In this document: in pieces, positions 48,781-56,073 of the stretch
Layout: each line of letters starts with the position of its first letter
How positions within the stretch are numbered: position 1 is the first letter of the stretch
Origin: an uncultured bacterium
GTDB lineage: Bacteria > Actinomycetota > Actinomycetes > S36-B12
Assembly: GCA_903909555.1 (NCBI GenBank)
Contig: CAIVWG010000006.1
Coordinates: forward strand, 1 to 56,073
Direction of reading: 5' to 3'
DNA length: 56,073 nt
The notes under the pieces: model-generated
What the model saw: the letters and a program-made list of their open reading frames with translations, nothing else
Told to the model about the DNA's origin: nothing
The model's database searches: none
Position numbers and translations under genes: made by a program

Positions 48781-51276
48781 TCACTCAGGCACGTCGCCGC
48801 GCCTGGCGGCAGGGGGCCCGGCGGCGGCCCGGATGACGTCGGACCACGTGTCGAGGATGGCGCGGGCCCGGCCCTCCTCGTCGGCCTCGACCCAGAGGCG
48901 GATCCGGGCCTCGCGGGCATCGGGAACCACCAGGCACCAGGCACCGTCGGCCTCGACGATCCGCAGGCCCTCCGTGGCGTCCTGATCGAGACCGGTGGCG
49001 CGGTGCTGGATCGCGGCCATGACCGGCGCCTTGCTGGTCCAGGGGGTCGCCACGGCTGCGCTGAGCATGACCGATCGGGGAATGCGCGCATCGATGGCGC
49101 TGAGCGTGAGCCGGGTGCGGGCGACGAGTCCCACGAGGGCCAGCGTCGTGGCGACGGCATCGGGGTAGGGGCCCGTGCCGCTGATGGCGAAGCCCCCGCG
49201 CCCGTCCGCGGCCAGGATGGCGCCGTCGTCGGGAACGTAGGTGCCGTCCGAGTGCACGCGCCGAACGCCCACGCCATGGAAGTGGGCGACCGACTCCGCC
49301 ACCCGGCTCGCCTGCATGGGGAGGGTCACGTGACCCGAGGAGGATTCCGCCGCGACAAGGTCCATCACCACGAGGAGAGCCCTCTCGTCCGAGAGCACCT
49401 GACCCTTCTCGTCCACGAGGGTGAGCCGTTCGCCGTGCTCGTCGATGCGGACGCCGAGGTCGGCCCCGTGGACCAGCACGCGACCGGCAAGCTCGCCGAG
49501 GGGATCCTCCTGACCGCGACCCTCGCTGGCGCGCAGGCCCAGGGAGACCAGGTCGACCCCGGTCCGCTGGAGAACCTCGGCGATGACGCGTCCCGCTGCT
49601 CCCCCGCCGGAGTCCACGACCACCGTGAGCGTCCCGGGGCCCACGCCGTCCAGGCGAGTCGACTGCACGAGGTGCTCGGCGTACTCCTCGAGCACGCCCG
49701 GGGGCGTCGCGAGCGTGCCGATGAGGCCGGGAACCTGGCGTCGGTAGTCCCGTCGGTCGTGGATCCGCTCCAGGTGCCGAGCCTGTTGCTCGGAGATGTC
49801 GTGTCCCCGGGAGTCGGCCATGAGGAGATCGAGACGTTCGTGGGCGGATCCGCGGACGCGGGCAAGGAGCCCGGCGTCGGCGTGGACGCGGGTGTCGTGC
49901 CGCCAGGTGGGCGTCGGCACGGCCCCGAGGACGCGCACGGCCGTCCCCGACGCCGACACCGCGCCGGCCATGACTGCCGCGTAGGCGCGCCCGGCCGTCG
50001 AGTCGTCATGTCCCACGCTCACGACGGCGTCCTCGGGCAGGCTGCTCACCAGCGCGAGGGCCATGCGAACGACGACCTCGGGCGACAGGTCCACCCCGAT
50101 CGTTCCCGAGGCGCCCCCGCGGGCCAGCAGGCGACGCCGCCCGCGGGTGTCCCAGGCGATGGTGCCCTCGACGATGCTGCCCGACTCGAGCGTCTTGCCG
50201 GGGTAGACGAGCGTTCCGGCGCGCACCTCGACCTCTTGCTCGAGGGTGCTGTCGTCAGACACCACCGCGCCCTCGTCGACCCTGCTGAGCGCCCCCACCT
50301 GGCAGCCTCGGCCGACCACGCAGCCCCGCAGGAGGGCTCCCGAGCCGAGGTAGACGTTGTCGTGGATGACGACCCGGTCGAGATCGGCGGACGCGCGGAC
50401 GATGCACCCCGAGCCGACGACGGAGTGGGCTCCCAGCCGTGCGCCACCCTCGACGGTCGTGCGCGACCCGATGTAGGCGGGACCCTCGATCTCCACGGTG
50501 GCGGCCAGCGAAACTCCCTCGCCGATCCACACGCCGGGGCGCACCTCGTGCCCGGGGATGTCCAGCCGCACGCGACGCTCGAGGGCGTCCACCTGGACCC
50601 GCCGGTAGGCGGGCAGGTCGCCGACGTCCTCCCAGTAGCCATCCGAGACGCGCGCGCACACGGTGGCACCGCGGGCGAGGAGACGCGGGATCACATCGGT
50701 GGACCAGTCCCATTCGCGGTCGGAGGGCATGTCCCGCAGGACGCGCGGGGACACGACGTAGATCCCGGTGCTCACGGTGTCGCCGAAGACCGTGCCCCAG
50801 CCGGGCTTCTCGTGGAATCGGGTCACCCGGCCGTCGCCATCGGTCTCGACGAGCCCGAACTCGCGGGGATCGGCTCTTCTCACCGTGCAGAGGGTGAGGT
50901 CAGCCTGCCGGTCGTGGTGGAACGCCCGCAGTTCCGACAGGTCGAGGTCGGTGACGGCATCGCCCGACACGACGAGGAAGTCGTCCTCCCACTCCCCCGC
51001 CGCCAGGCGGACGCCGCCGGCCGTGCCGAGGGGGCGATGCTCCGTGGCGTAGGCCAGGTCGACGCCGAACTCGGACCCGTCGCCGAAGTAGCGTCGAAGC
51101 GCGGTGGACAGATGCTGGACGGTGAGCACGATCTCGTCGACGCCGTGATGCTGAAGCAGGCGCATCGTGTGCTCGACCATGGGCCGTCCCACGACGGGGA
51201 GGAGCGGCTTGGGCACAGCCGTCGTCAGGGGGCGCAGGCGGCTGCCGAGGCCGCCGGCCATGACCACCGCTCTCAC
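48781..51276 (-). CDS. Fusion protein: sugar-1-phosphate nucleotidyltransferase + left-handed beta-helix + phosphohexomutase (ManC/ManB-like)
   Basis: It has GGLGSRLRPLT and an EKP motif, hexapeptide repeats, and a C-terminal PGM/PMM-like half. The GTG at 51276 has a GGGGAGG SD. The upstream part of the 1096-aa ORF was rejected. Confidence 0.8.
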   Translation of the reverse strand: MRAVVMAGGLGSRLRPLTTAVPKPLLPVVGRPMVEHTMRLLQHHGVDEIVLTVQHLSTALRRYFGDGSEFGVDLAYATEHRPLGTAGGVRLAAGEWEDDFLVVSGDAVTDLDLSELRAFHHDRQADLTLCTVRRADPREFGLVETDGDGRVTRFHEKPGWGTVFGDTVSTGIYVVSPRVLRDMPSDREWDWSTDVIPRLLARGATVCARVSDGYWEDVGDLPAYRRVQVDALERRVRLDIPGHEVRPGVWIGEGVSLAATVEIEGPAYIGSRTTVEGGARLGAHSVVGSGCIVRASADLDRVVIHDNVYLGSGALLRGCVVGRGCQVGALSRVDEGAVVSDDSTLEQEVEVRAGTLVYPGKTLESGSIVEGTIAWDTRGRRRLLARGGASGTIGVDLSPEVVVRMALALVSSLPEDAVVSVGHDDSTAGRAYAAVMAGAVSASGTAVRVLGAVPTPTWRHDTRVHADAGLLARVRGSAHERLDLLMADSRGHDISEQQARHLERIHDRRDYRRQVPGLIGTLATPPGVLEEYAEHLVQSTRLDGVGPGTLTVVVDSGGGAAGRVIAEVLQRTGVDLVSLGLRASEGRGQEDPLGELAGRVLVHGADLGVRIDEHGERLTLVDEKGQVLSDERALLVVMDLVAAESSSGHVTLPMQASRVAESVAHFHGVGVRRVHSDGTYVPDDGAILAADGRGGFAISGTGPYPDAVATTLALVGLVARTRLTLSAIDARIPRSVMLSAAVATPWTSKAPVMAAIQHRATGLDQDATEGLRIVEADGAWCLVVPDAREARIRLWVEADEEGRARAILDTWSDVIRAAAGPPAARRGDVPE

Positions 51277-51872
51277 GGCGAGGGCCTCCCCACCATGGTC
51301 CCGGAGGCCACGATGCGGCGAGTCTGGTCGAGGTAGAGGACGGCGGCGTACCAGTAGAGGCCGAGGCCCCAGAACGCGAACGCCCAGCCGATCGCGGAGA
51401 GAGCGTGCTGGAGCGCACTCGTCCCGGAGCCGGCCAGGATCAGCGGGAAGGCCCAGAAGAGCGCGAAGGTGCCGGCCTTGCCGAGGTAGTGCACGGGAAG
51501 CGCCGTGAGCCCGTGCCTCCTCAGCACGGGGACCAGGCCGAGGAGGACGAGCTCCCGCAAGACGAGCAGCCCGACGAACCACCAGGGCACGAGGTCTCGC
51601 AGCGCCAGGCCCAGGAGCGTGGCCACGATGGTGAGCCGGTCCACGAGGGGGTCGAGCACCTGCCCGAGCCGCGAGACCTGGCCGGTGCGCCGGGCGATCA
51701 CCCCGTCGGCCCAGTCGCTGACCCCGGACACCGTGAGGACGACGGCGGCGGCGAAGTCGGCCTGGCGGACCAGGACGAGCCACAGGAAGAGCGGGATCAG
51801 GAGGAGCCGGAAGAGGCTCAGGGCATTGGGGACCGTGAGGATCCGGTCCGTGTGGACGGTCTCCTCGCTCAC
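51273..51872 (-). CDS. CDP-alcohol phosphatidyltransferase family protein (PgsA2/cardiolipin-synthase-like)
   Basis: It has the signature DWADGVIARRTGQVSRLGQVLDPLVD (D-x2-DG-x2-AR...G-x3-D-x3-D) and is polytopic. It has 4-nt overlaps at both ends. Confidence 0.82.
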   Translation of the reverse strand: MSEETVHTDRILTVPNALSLFRLLLIPLFLWLVLVRQADFAAAVVLTVSGVSDWADGVIARRTGQVSRLGQVLDPLVDRLTIVATLLGLALRDLVPWWFVGLLVLRELVLLGLVPVLRRHGLTALPVHYLGKAGTFALFWAFPLILAGSGTSALQHALSAIGWAFAFWGLGLYWYAAVLYLDQTRRIVASGTMVGRPSP

Positions 51873-52630
51873 GAGTGGCGGCCGGCGGCCCGGCGGCCGC
51901 GCTCCTTCTGTCCGCGGCCCACGATGAGGGCTGCCCCGCCCAGGATGAGCAGCAGTCCGCCCAGGGACCCGGCGACGGCGCTGACCGTCGCCCCCTGGAC
52001 CAGCGGGCGCGCCCCGGGAGACCGGTACTCCAGGCGCAGCGAGGCGGAGACGCCCGGTGAGCCATCGGCATTCATGAGGACGAGGGTGCCCCCACCGAGG
52101 TCGGCGCCGCTCAGCTCCGTGGGGCTGCCGGTGGCGGATGCCCGCCACAGGGACTGCGCCTCGGGAGGGGGAGGCACGCCGCTCCCCGGCACCGAGACGC
52201 CGGTCCATCCGCCACGGTCGCGTTCGGCCACGGTGTAGGGGAAGCCGAAGAGGTACTCGTCCACCTGGGCCGTCTCACCGGTGCCCACGAAGATCGCGGC
52301 GTCGCTCTCGGGGACGACGACGAGGACGAAATCGCCGACGACATCGAGCAGTTCGGTGGGCGAGAGACCCCCCTGGGCCAGCCCATCCGACACGGACGGG
52401 GGGAGGTCTCCGGCCTCCAGGCGGGCGCTCACGCCGTCGATCACGACCGCGGTGTCGGAGTCCGCGGACACCACGTCGCCGAGGGGCTGGTCGACGACGC
52501 CGGAACGGCCCACCACCTCGACGACGCCGAAGGCGGCCACGGCGGCCGGTACCGCCAGCGCCATGGCGAGGCAGCCCAGGCAGGCCAGGATGACCCCGAG
52601 CGAGATGCGGATCACCCGCCACGCCCTCAT
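51869..52630 (-). CDS. Membrane protein of unknown function (TM helices at both termini)
   Basis: 253 aa, with an N-terminal TM (ISLGVILACLGCLAMALAVPAAVAAF) and a C-terminal TM followed by a basic tail. I recognised no family. Confidence 0.55.
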   Translation of the reverse strand: MRAWRVIRISLGVILACLGCLAMALAVPAAVAAFGVVEVVGRSGVVDQPLGDVVSADSDTAVVIDGVSARLEAGDLPPSVSDGLAQGGLSPTELLDVVGDFVLVVVPESDAAIFVGTGETAQVDEYLFGFPYTVAERDRGGWTGVSVPGSGVPPPPEAQSLWRASATGSPTELSGADLGGGTLVLMNADGSPGVSASLRLEYRSPGARPLVQGATVSAVAGSLGGLLLILGGAALIVGRGQKERGRRAAGRHS

Positions 52631-52657
52631 CGCGCCCCCACGTCGCCTCGCATGCGG

Positions 52658-53884
52658 CTAGTCCCGGGCCACGGTGAGAATGCCCAGGCACATCTCGTCG
52701 GTAGTCCCCTCTCCCCAGGTGATGTAGCGCGGCTCGGTCTCCGACAGCGCGGGCAGCTTCGAGCGCAGGCCGGCGTCATGCGTGCACGTCACCTCGAGGG
52801 TGTCGCCAGCCGACAGGGCGAGCGGCTCCTCCAGCGGCACGGCTCCCTGTCGGTCGAAGTCCCAGTTCTTCACGTCGAGCAGGGTGACCTCATCATCGGT
52901 ACCGGGGTTGGCGACGATGCGGATCGTCCGACCGAGCAGGTGCATGTGCCCGGCTGCGGCGTACACCGTGATGTCCTGGTCGACGTCGTGACGGCAGGAC
53001 TGCGTCGGGCCTGACTTCGGCTCGACGAGATCACCGCCGCACAGGAACTGCAGGCCCCAGATGGTGCGCAGCGACTCTCCCCCGAATCGCTCGATGGTGT
53101 TCTCCACCGCGGCTTCGCGGTCGCACAGCGCACCCGACTCGTCCTCGGTGCACGGAAGCTCCACGGGGGCCGGGAGGAGCAGGGTCTCGAGGGCCTTCAG
53201 GTCGCGGGTCCCCGGGACGGTGCGTAGGTCCACCGACGTCACGTCGCCCCCGTCGCCGGCAAGGAGGTTGTAGTGCACCTGAAGGATGACGCTGCTCCCC
53301 GCCGGCAGGAACACGCCCGTGCCCTCCGGGTAGCGCGACTCGCGGCCGCCGGGAGCCCACGCGGCCAGCCAGGGCGCGGAATCGAGCGAGCTGACGCCGC
53401 CGTCGGATCCCGCCGGCGGAGGAAGGTCGGGCCCACCGAAGCACGTCCAGCCCTGGCCGTCCTCCTCGGCATCGCGCTGCTGCGCCGCCTCAACCTGACT
53501 GGGGTCGACCCGGTAGAGGATCGCGTGGTGCACGATCTCGGGATTGCCCGGCGCGAAGCGCACGCCGGTGATGAAGCGGTCGTCCGGGGTCCCCGTCTCG
53601 AGCAGGAAGCAGCGGTAGTCATCGGTCGACGTGCCCTGCGCGCGAGGCGCGTAGGGCTCCCCGAGCGCGACCGTGACGAAGGGCGTGTCGGCCCCTCCCG
53701 CCGGCGCCTCGGCGTCGGGCATGGCGGAGGGAGCGTCGCCCTCCGGCGTGGCCGAGGGCACCGACGAGGGGCTCGAGGAATCGGCCGGGGAGCCCGAGGG
53801 AGCCCCCGCAGCGCATGCGGCGAGGAGCACGGCGCTCACGAGGGCGGGCGCCCAAGCCCAGGTCCGGGCGGAGGAGGGATTCAC
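52658..53884 (-). CDS. Lipoprotein with a PHM/DBH-like copper type II monooxygenase ligand pattern
   Basis: It has a lipobox (VLLAAC). The ligand pattern is HH (119-120), H204 (LQVHYN), HxH (313/315, GHMHLLG) and M398 (TDEMC). Conserved Cys pairs are also present. Confidence 0.65.
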   Translation of the reverse strand: MNPSSARTWAWAPALVSAVLLAACAAGAPSGSPADSSSPSSVPSATPEGDAPSAMPDAEAPAGGADTPFVTVALGEPYAPRAQGTSTDDYRCFLLETGTPDDRFITGVRFAPGNPEIVHHAILYRVDPSQVEAAQQRDAEEDGQGWTCFGGPDLPPPAGSDGGVSSLDSAPWLAAWAPGGRESRYPEGTGVFLPAGSSVILQVHYNLLAGDGGDVTSVDLRTVPGTRDLKALETLLLPAPVELPCTEDESGALCDREAAVENTIERFGGESLRTIWGLQFLCGGDLVEPKSGPTQSCRHDVDQDITVYAAAGHMHLLGRTIRIVANPGTDDEVTLLDVKNWDFDRQGAVPLEEPLALSAGDTLEVTCTHDAGLRSKLPALSETEPRYITWGEGTTDEMCLGILTVARD

Positions 53885-53944
53885 CCCCTCATGCTACGGG
53901 GCAATCCCGCCCAGGGCGCTGCAGGAGCGACAGCGCCGCACGCG

Positions 53945-54547
53945 CTAGGCCCCCGGGAGGTTCCACGCCGAGATGACGTGCTGATCCCGCTCGAACCCCA
54001 GGATGGACACCGCGCCGGCATCGAGGGCCCAGAGCCGTCCATCGCCCGCGGGCAGCCCCAGCCACGTCGCGGTGAGGATTCGCAGCAGGTGCCCGTGCGC
54101 GACCAGGATGCAGTCGCGTCCCGCAGCGATGTCGGGCTCGCACCGCGCGATCACGCGAGCCGCGCGTACGGCGACGTCGTCCGGAGTCTCTCCGGGCGAG
54201 TGCTCTCCGGGGATGATGGGACCCTTCCAGATCGTCCACTCGGGGTCGCCGAGCTCATCGCGGATGTCGGCGGTCGTCTTGCCCTCCCATCCGCCGTAGT
54301 CCCATTCGAGCAGGTCGTCGTCGATCGCGGTGGGTGTCAGGCCTGCCCGCGCGGCGGTGGTCCTCGCGCGAGACAGGGGCGAGCACCGGACCTGCGCGGG
54401 GTGCAGCGTCGCCATCATCGGGGCCAGCGCGCGCGCCCGTGCCTCCCCGTCGGCTGTCAGCGGGATGTCCGTCCGGCCCGTGTGCTGCCCGCTCAGGCTC
54501 CAGGCGGTCTCGCCATGGCGCAGCAGGATCAGTCGGCCGTGCGCCAT
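53945..54547 (-). CDS. Histidine phosphatase family protein (phosphoglycerate-mutase-like)
   Basis: It has the RHG motif (LILLRHGETAWS) and VAHGHLLR. Confidence 0.82.
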   Translation of the reverse strand: MAHGRLILLRHGETAWSLSGQHTGRTDIPLTADGEARARALAPMMATLHPAQVRCSPLSRARTTAARAGLTPTAIDDDLLEWDYGGWEGKTTADIRDELGDPEWTIWKGPIIPGEHSPGETPDDVAVRAARVIARCEPDIAAGRDCILVAHGHLLRILTATWLGLPAGDGRLWALDAGAVSILGFERDQHVISAWNLPGA

Positions 54548-54617
54548 GGTGACCTCCGCATCCGTGTCAGGGCCGGGACGCTACCGCACTCCCCCGGAAC
54601 CTGACCCGCTCCCGATG

Positions 54618-55472
54618 TCAGCGACGCGGCGCCTGGGAGAGCGCGTAGCACGCCACGGCGACCGCGGCGGCGACGTTCAAGGAGTCGATCCCGCCGGACA
54701 TCGGGATCCGCGCCCGGCGCTCGCTCAGGCGGAGGACCTCCGCGGACAGCCCCTCCCCCTCTGTCCCGACGGCGAGGGCCACGCGGGCGCTGCGTCGTGC
54801 CGCCAGCGCCGCGTCGAGCGTCTCGGCCTCCGGATCCGGGGTCAGCGCGAGAAGCGAGATGCCCTGCTGAGCCATGCGGGACAGGTCGGCGTCCCAGTCG
54901 TCGCTGCGCGCCCACGGGAGGTCGAGCACGGCGCCCATCGACGTCTTGACCGCGCGGCGATACAGCGGGTCCGCGCACCTCGGCGACAGCAGGATCCCAC
55001 CGATGCCGAGCGCAGCCGCAGAGCGGAAGGCGAGGCCGACATTCGTGGCATCCACGAGATCCTCGAGCACCAGCAGGTGCGCCGCCGAATCGATGATGCC
55101 GGCCACCGGGCGGGCTGGCGGCCGGCGGACGACAGCGAGTGCCCCCCGGTGGACCCGGAAGCCGGCGATGGCGTCGATCACGTCGCGCGACGCCACGAGC
55201 ACGGGACCGGCGTAGTCAGCCAGGGACAGGGCGAGCGACGGCAGCCACTTGGGCGCCGTGAGCACCGAGGCGACGTCGAGGCGGGCGCGGGCGGTGCGCT
55301 CGATGACGAGGCGGCCCTCGGCGATGAAGTAGCCGCCCTCGGGCTCGACCCGGCGGCGAAGGTCGGTGTCGGTGAGGCCTCGGTAGGGCTGCAGGCGCGG
55401 GTCCTCGGGGTCGAGGACGTCGACGAGCTGCCATCGAGGAGGGAGGGCCTCGGGGACATCAGGGTGGCGCAT
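54618..55472 (-). CDS. TrmH/SpoU family RNA 2'-O-methyltransferase
   Basis: It has SPOUT motifs: LEDLVDATNVGLAFRSAAALG, LAVGTEGEGLS and IPMSGGIDSLNVAAAVAVACY. Confidence 0.85.
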   Translation of the reverse strand: MRHPDVPEALPPRWQLVDVLDPEDPRLQPYRGLTDTDLRRRVEPEGGYFIAEGRLVIERTARARLDVASVLTAPKWLPSLALSLADYAGPVLVASRDVIDAIAGFRVHRGALAVVRRPPARPVAGIIDSAAHLLVLEDLVDATNVGLAFRSAAALGIGGILLSPRCADPLYRRAVKTSMGAVLDLPWARSDDWDADLSRMAQQGISLLALTPDPEAETLDAALAARRSARVALAVGTEGEGLSAEVLRLSERRARIPMSGGIDSLNVAAAVAVACYALSQAPRR

Positions 55473-56073
55473 CGCCCCGGGCGTCCTCCTGCTCGAGCAC
55501 CTCGGCGAGGTCGGACAGTCGATCGAGTCCGCGCAGCGGCTGCGCCATGCGGTGGTTGCCGGCCAGGGCCTCCCTGTTGCGCGCGAGGAACGACCAGTAG
55601 CCGGCCGTCACGGGGCAGCCGCGCGGGCCGACGCGCTGCGTCGGCGCGTAGGCGCAGCCGCGGCACAGGTCGGTCATCCGGTGGATGTACGACCCTCCTC
55701 CGGCGTATGGCTTGGTCGCCATCCGCCCTCCGTCCGCGTACAGCGCCATGCCGACCACGTTCGCGGCCATCACCCAGGGATAGGCGTCGACGTACGACGC
55801 CGTGAACCACTCCGTCGTCTCCCGGGGGTCGTAGCCGTGCTGGAGGGCCCAGTTGCCCAGGACCATGAGCCGCAGTATGTGGTGGTTCCAGCCCCGCTCG
55901 TCGACCTCGCCCAACGCCGTCGCCAGGCAGCGCGCGGTGAGTGCCGATGCGTCCAGGTCCCGCCACCACGCCGGGAGAGGCTCGTGCGCGGACAGGGCAT
56001 TCGAGGACGACACGTAGTCCTCGCCGAAGAACCAGTACAGGTGCCACACGTAGTCGCGCCAGCCCATCACCTG
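55459..56073 (-). CDS. Cryptochrome/photolyase family protein, FeS-BCP ((6-4) photolyase-like), C-terminal part only
   Basis: The frame is open to the right window edge. Four Cys have the spacing C-x87-C-x2-C-x12-C. W-rich motifs are present (WWRDL, WNHHILRLMVLGNW). Confidence 0.75.
   Translation of the reverse strand, partial: QVMGWRDYVWHLYWFFGEDYVSSSNALSAHEPLPAWWRDLDASALTARCLATALGEVDERGWNHHILRLMVLGNWALQHGYDPRETTEWFTASYVDAYPWVMAANVVGMALYADGGRMATKPYAGGGSYIHRMTDLCRGCAYAPTQRVGPRGCPVTAGYWSFLARNREALAGNHRMAQPLRGLDRLSDLAEVLEQEDARGDAPP

Noticed and set aside
51277-52071. N-terminal extension of the nucleotidyltransferase ORF (track start 52071)
   Set aside because: This region is occupied in other frames by the CDP-alcohol phosphatidyltransferase and the membrane-protein gene. 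The extension is Pro/Arg/Gly low-complexity. A GTG with a GGGGAGG SD sits right before the GGLGSRLRPLT motif.
55367-55390. TGTCGGTG-N9-TAGGGC, resembling the PafBC-dependent RecA-NDp promoter motif (TGTCGGTG-N8-TAnnnT)
   Set aside because: It lies inside the TrmH coding sequence and is oriented away from any gene start. The spacing and the -10 end do not fit. I found no other convincing copy in the window.

Overview
This is a densely packed chromosomal core segment from a high-GC actinobacterium, with about 58 protein genes, one tRNA and one riboswitch. Many adjacent genes overlap by 4 nt at start and stop codons. From memory, gene order matches the mycobacterial and streptomycete Pup-proteasome neighbourhood. 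Left to right: a tRNA-Leu(GAG) with a small islet on its 3' side; M20 peptidase; aldo/keto reductase; F420-type LLM oxidoreductase; uppP; corA; a histidine phosphatase/DUF3090/SCO1664 trio followed by mshC; gnd; pgi; PAC2; HAD; trmI. Next is the complete Pup-proteasome locus (arc/mpa, dop, pup, prcB, prcA, pafA, two FKBPs, pafB, pafC), then tatA, tatC, a DAGK-type lipid kinase, helY, a 5'-3' exonuclease, M24 peptidase, acyl-CoA dehydrogenase, amidohydrolase, lnt, ppm1, fxsA, rbpA, a GDPD, a HAD-like phosphatase and a Na+/H+ antiporter. A long minus-strand array follows: PHM-like copper monooxygenase lipoprotein, membrane protein, CDP-alcohol phosphatidyltransferase, nucleotidyltransferase-phosphohexomutase fusion, gcvH, GarA-like FHA protein, MerR, DUF151 nuclease, MerR, tandem glycine riboswitch, gcvP. 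The window ends with a histidine phosphatase, a TrmH methyltransferase and a truncated FeS-type photolyase. I saw no CRISPR array, transposase, integrase or recognisable defence system, and the window is mostly ordinary core genome. The observations most worth a second look are: (1) a bacterial lipoprotein with the full PHM/DBH copper-ligand pattern; (2) the uncharacterised trio coupled to mshC, a candidate for the missing mycothiol phosphatase; (3) the rbpA upstream region, which has an SOS-box-like site and an ECF-type promoter inside a perfect palindrome; (4) tRNA-Leu 3'-end direct repeats marking decayed integrative islets; (5) a recurring TANNNT-N6/7-start-codon (leaderless) architecture. 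All calls come from reading the sequence and translations by eye; no searches were run.
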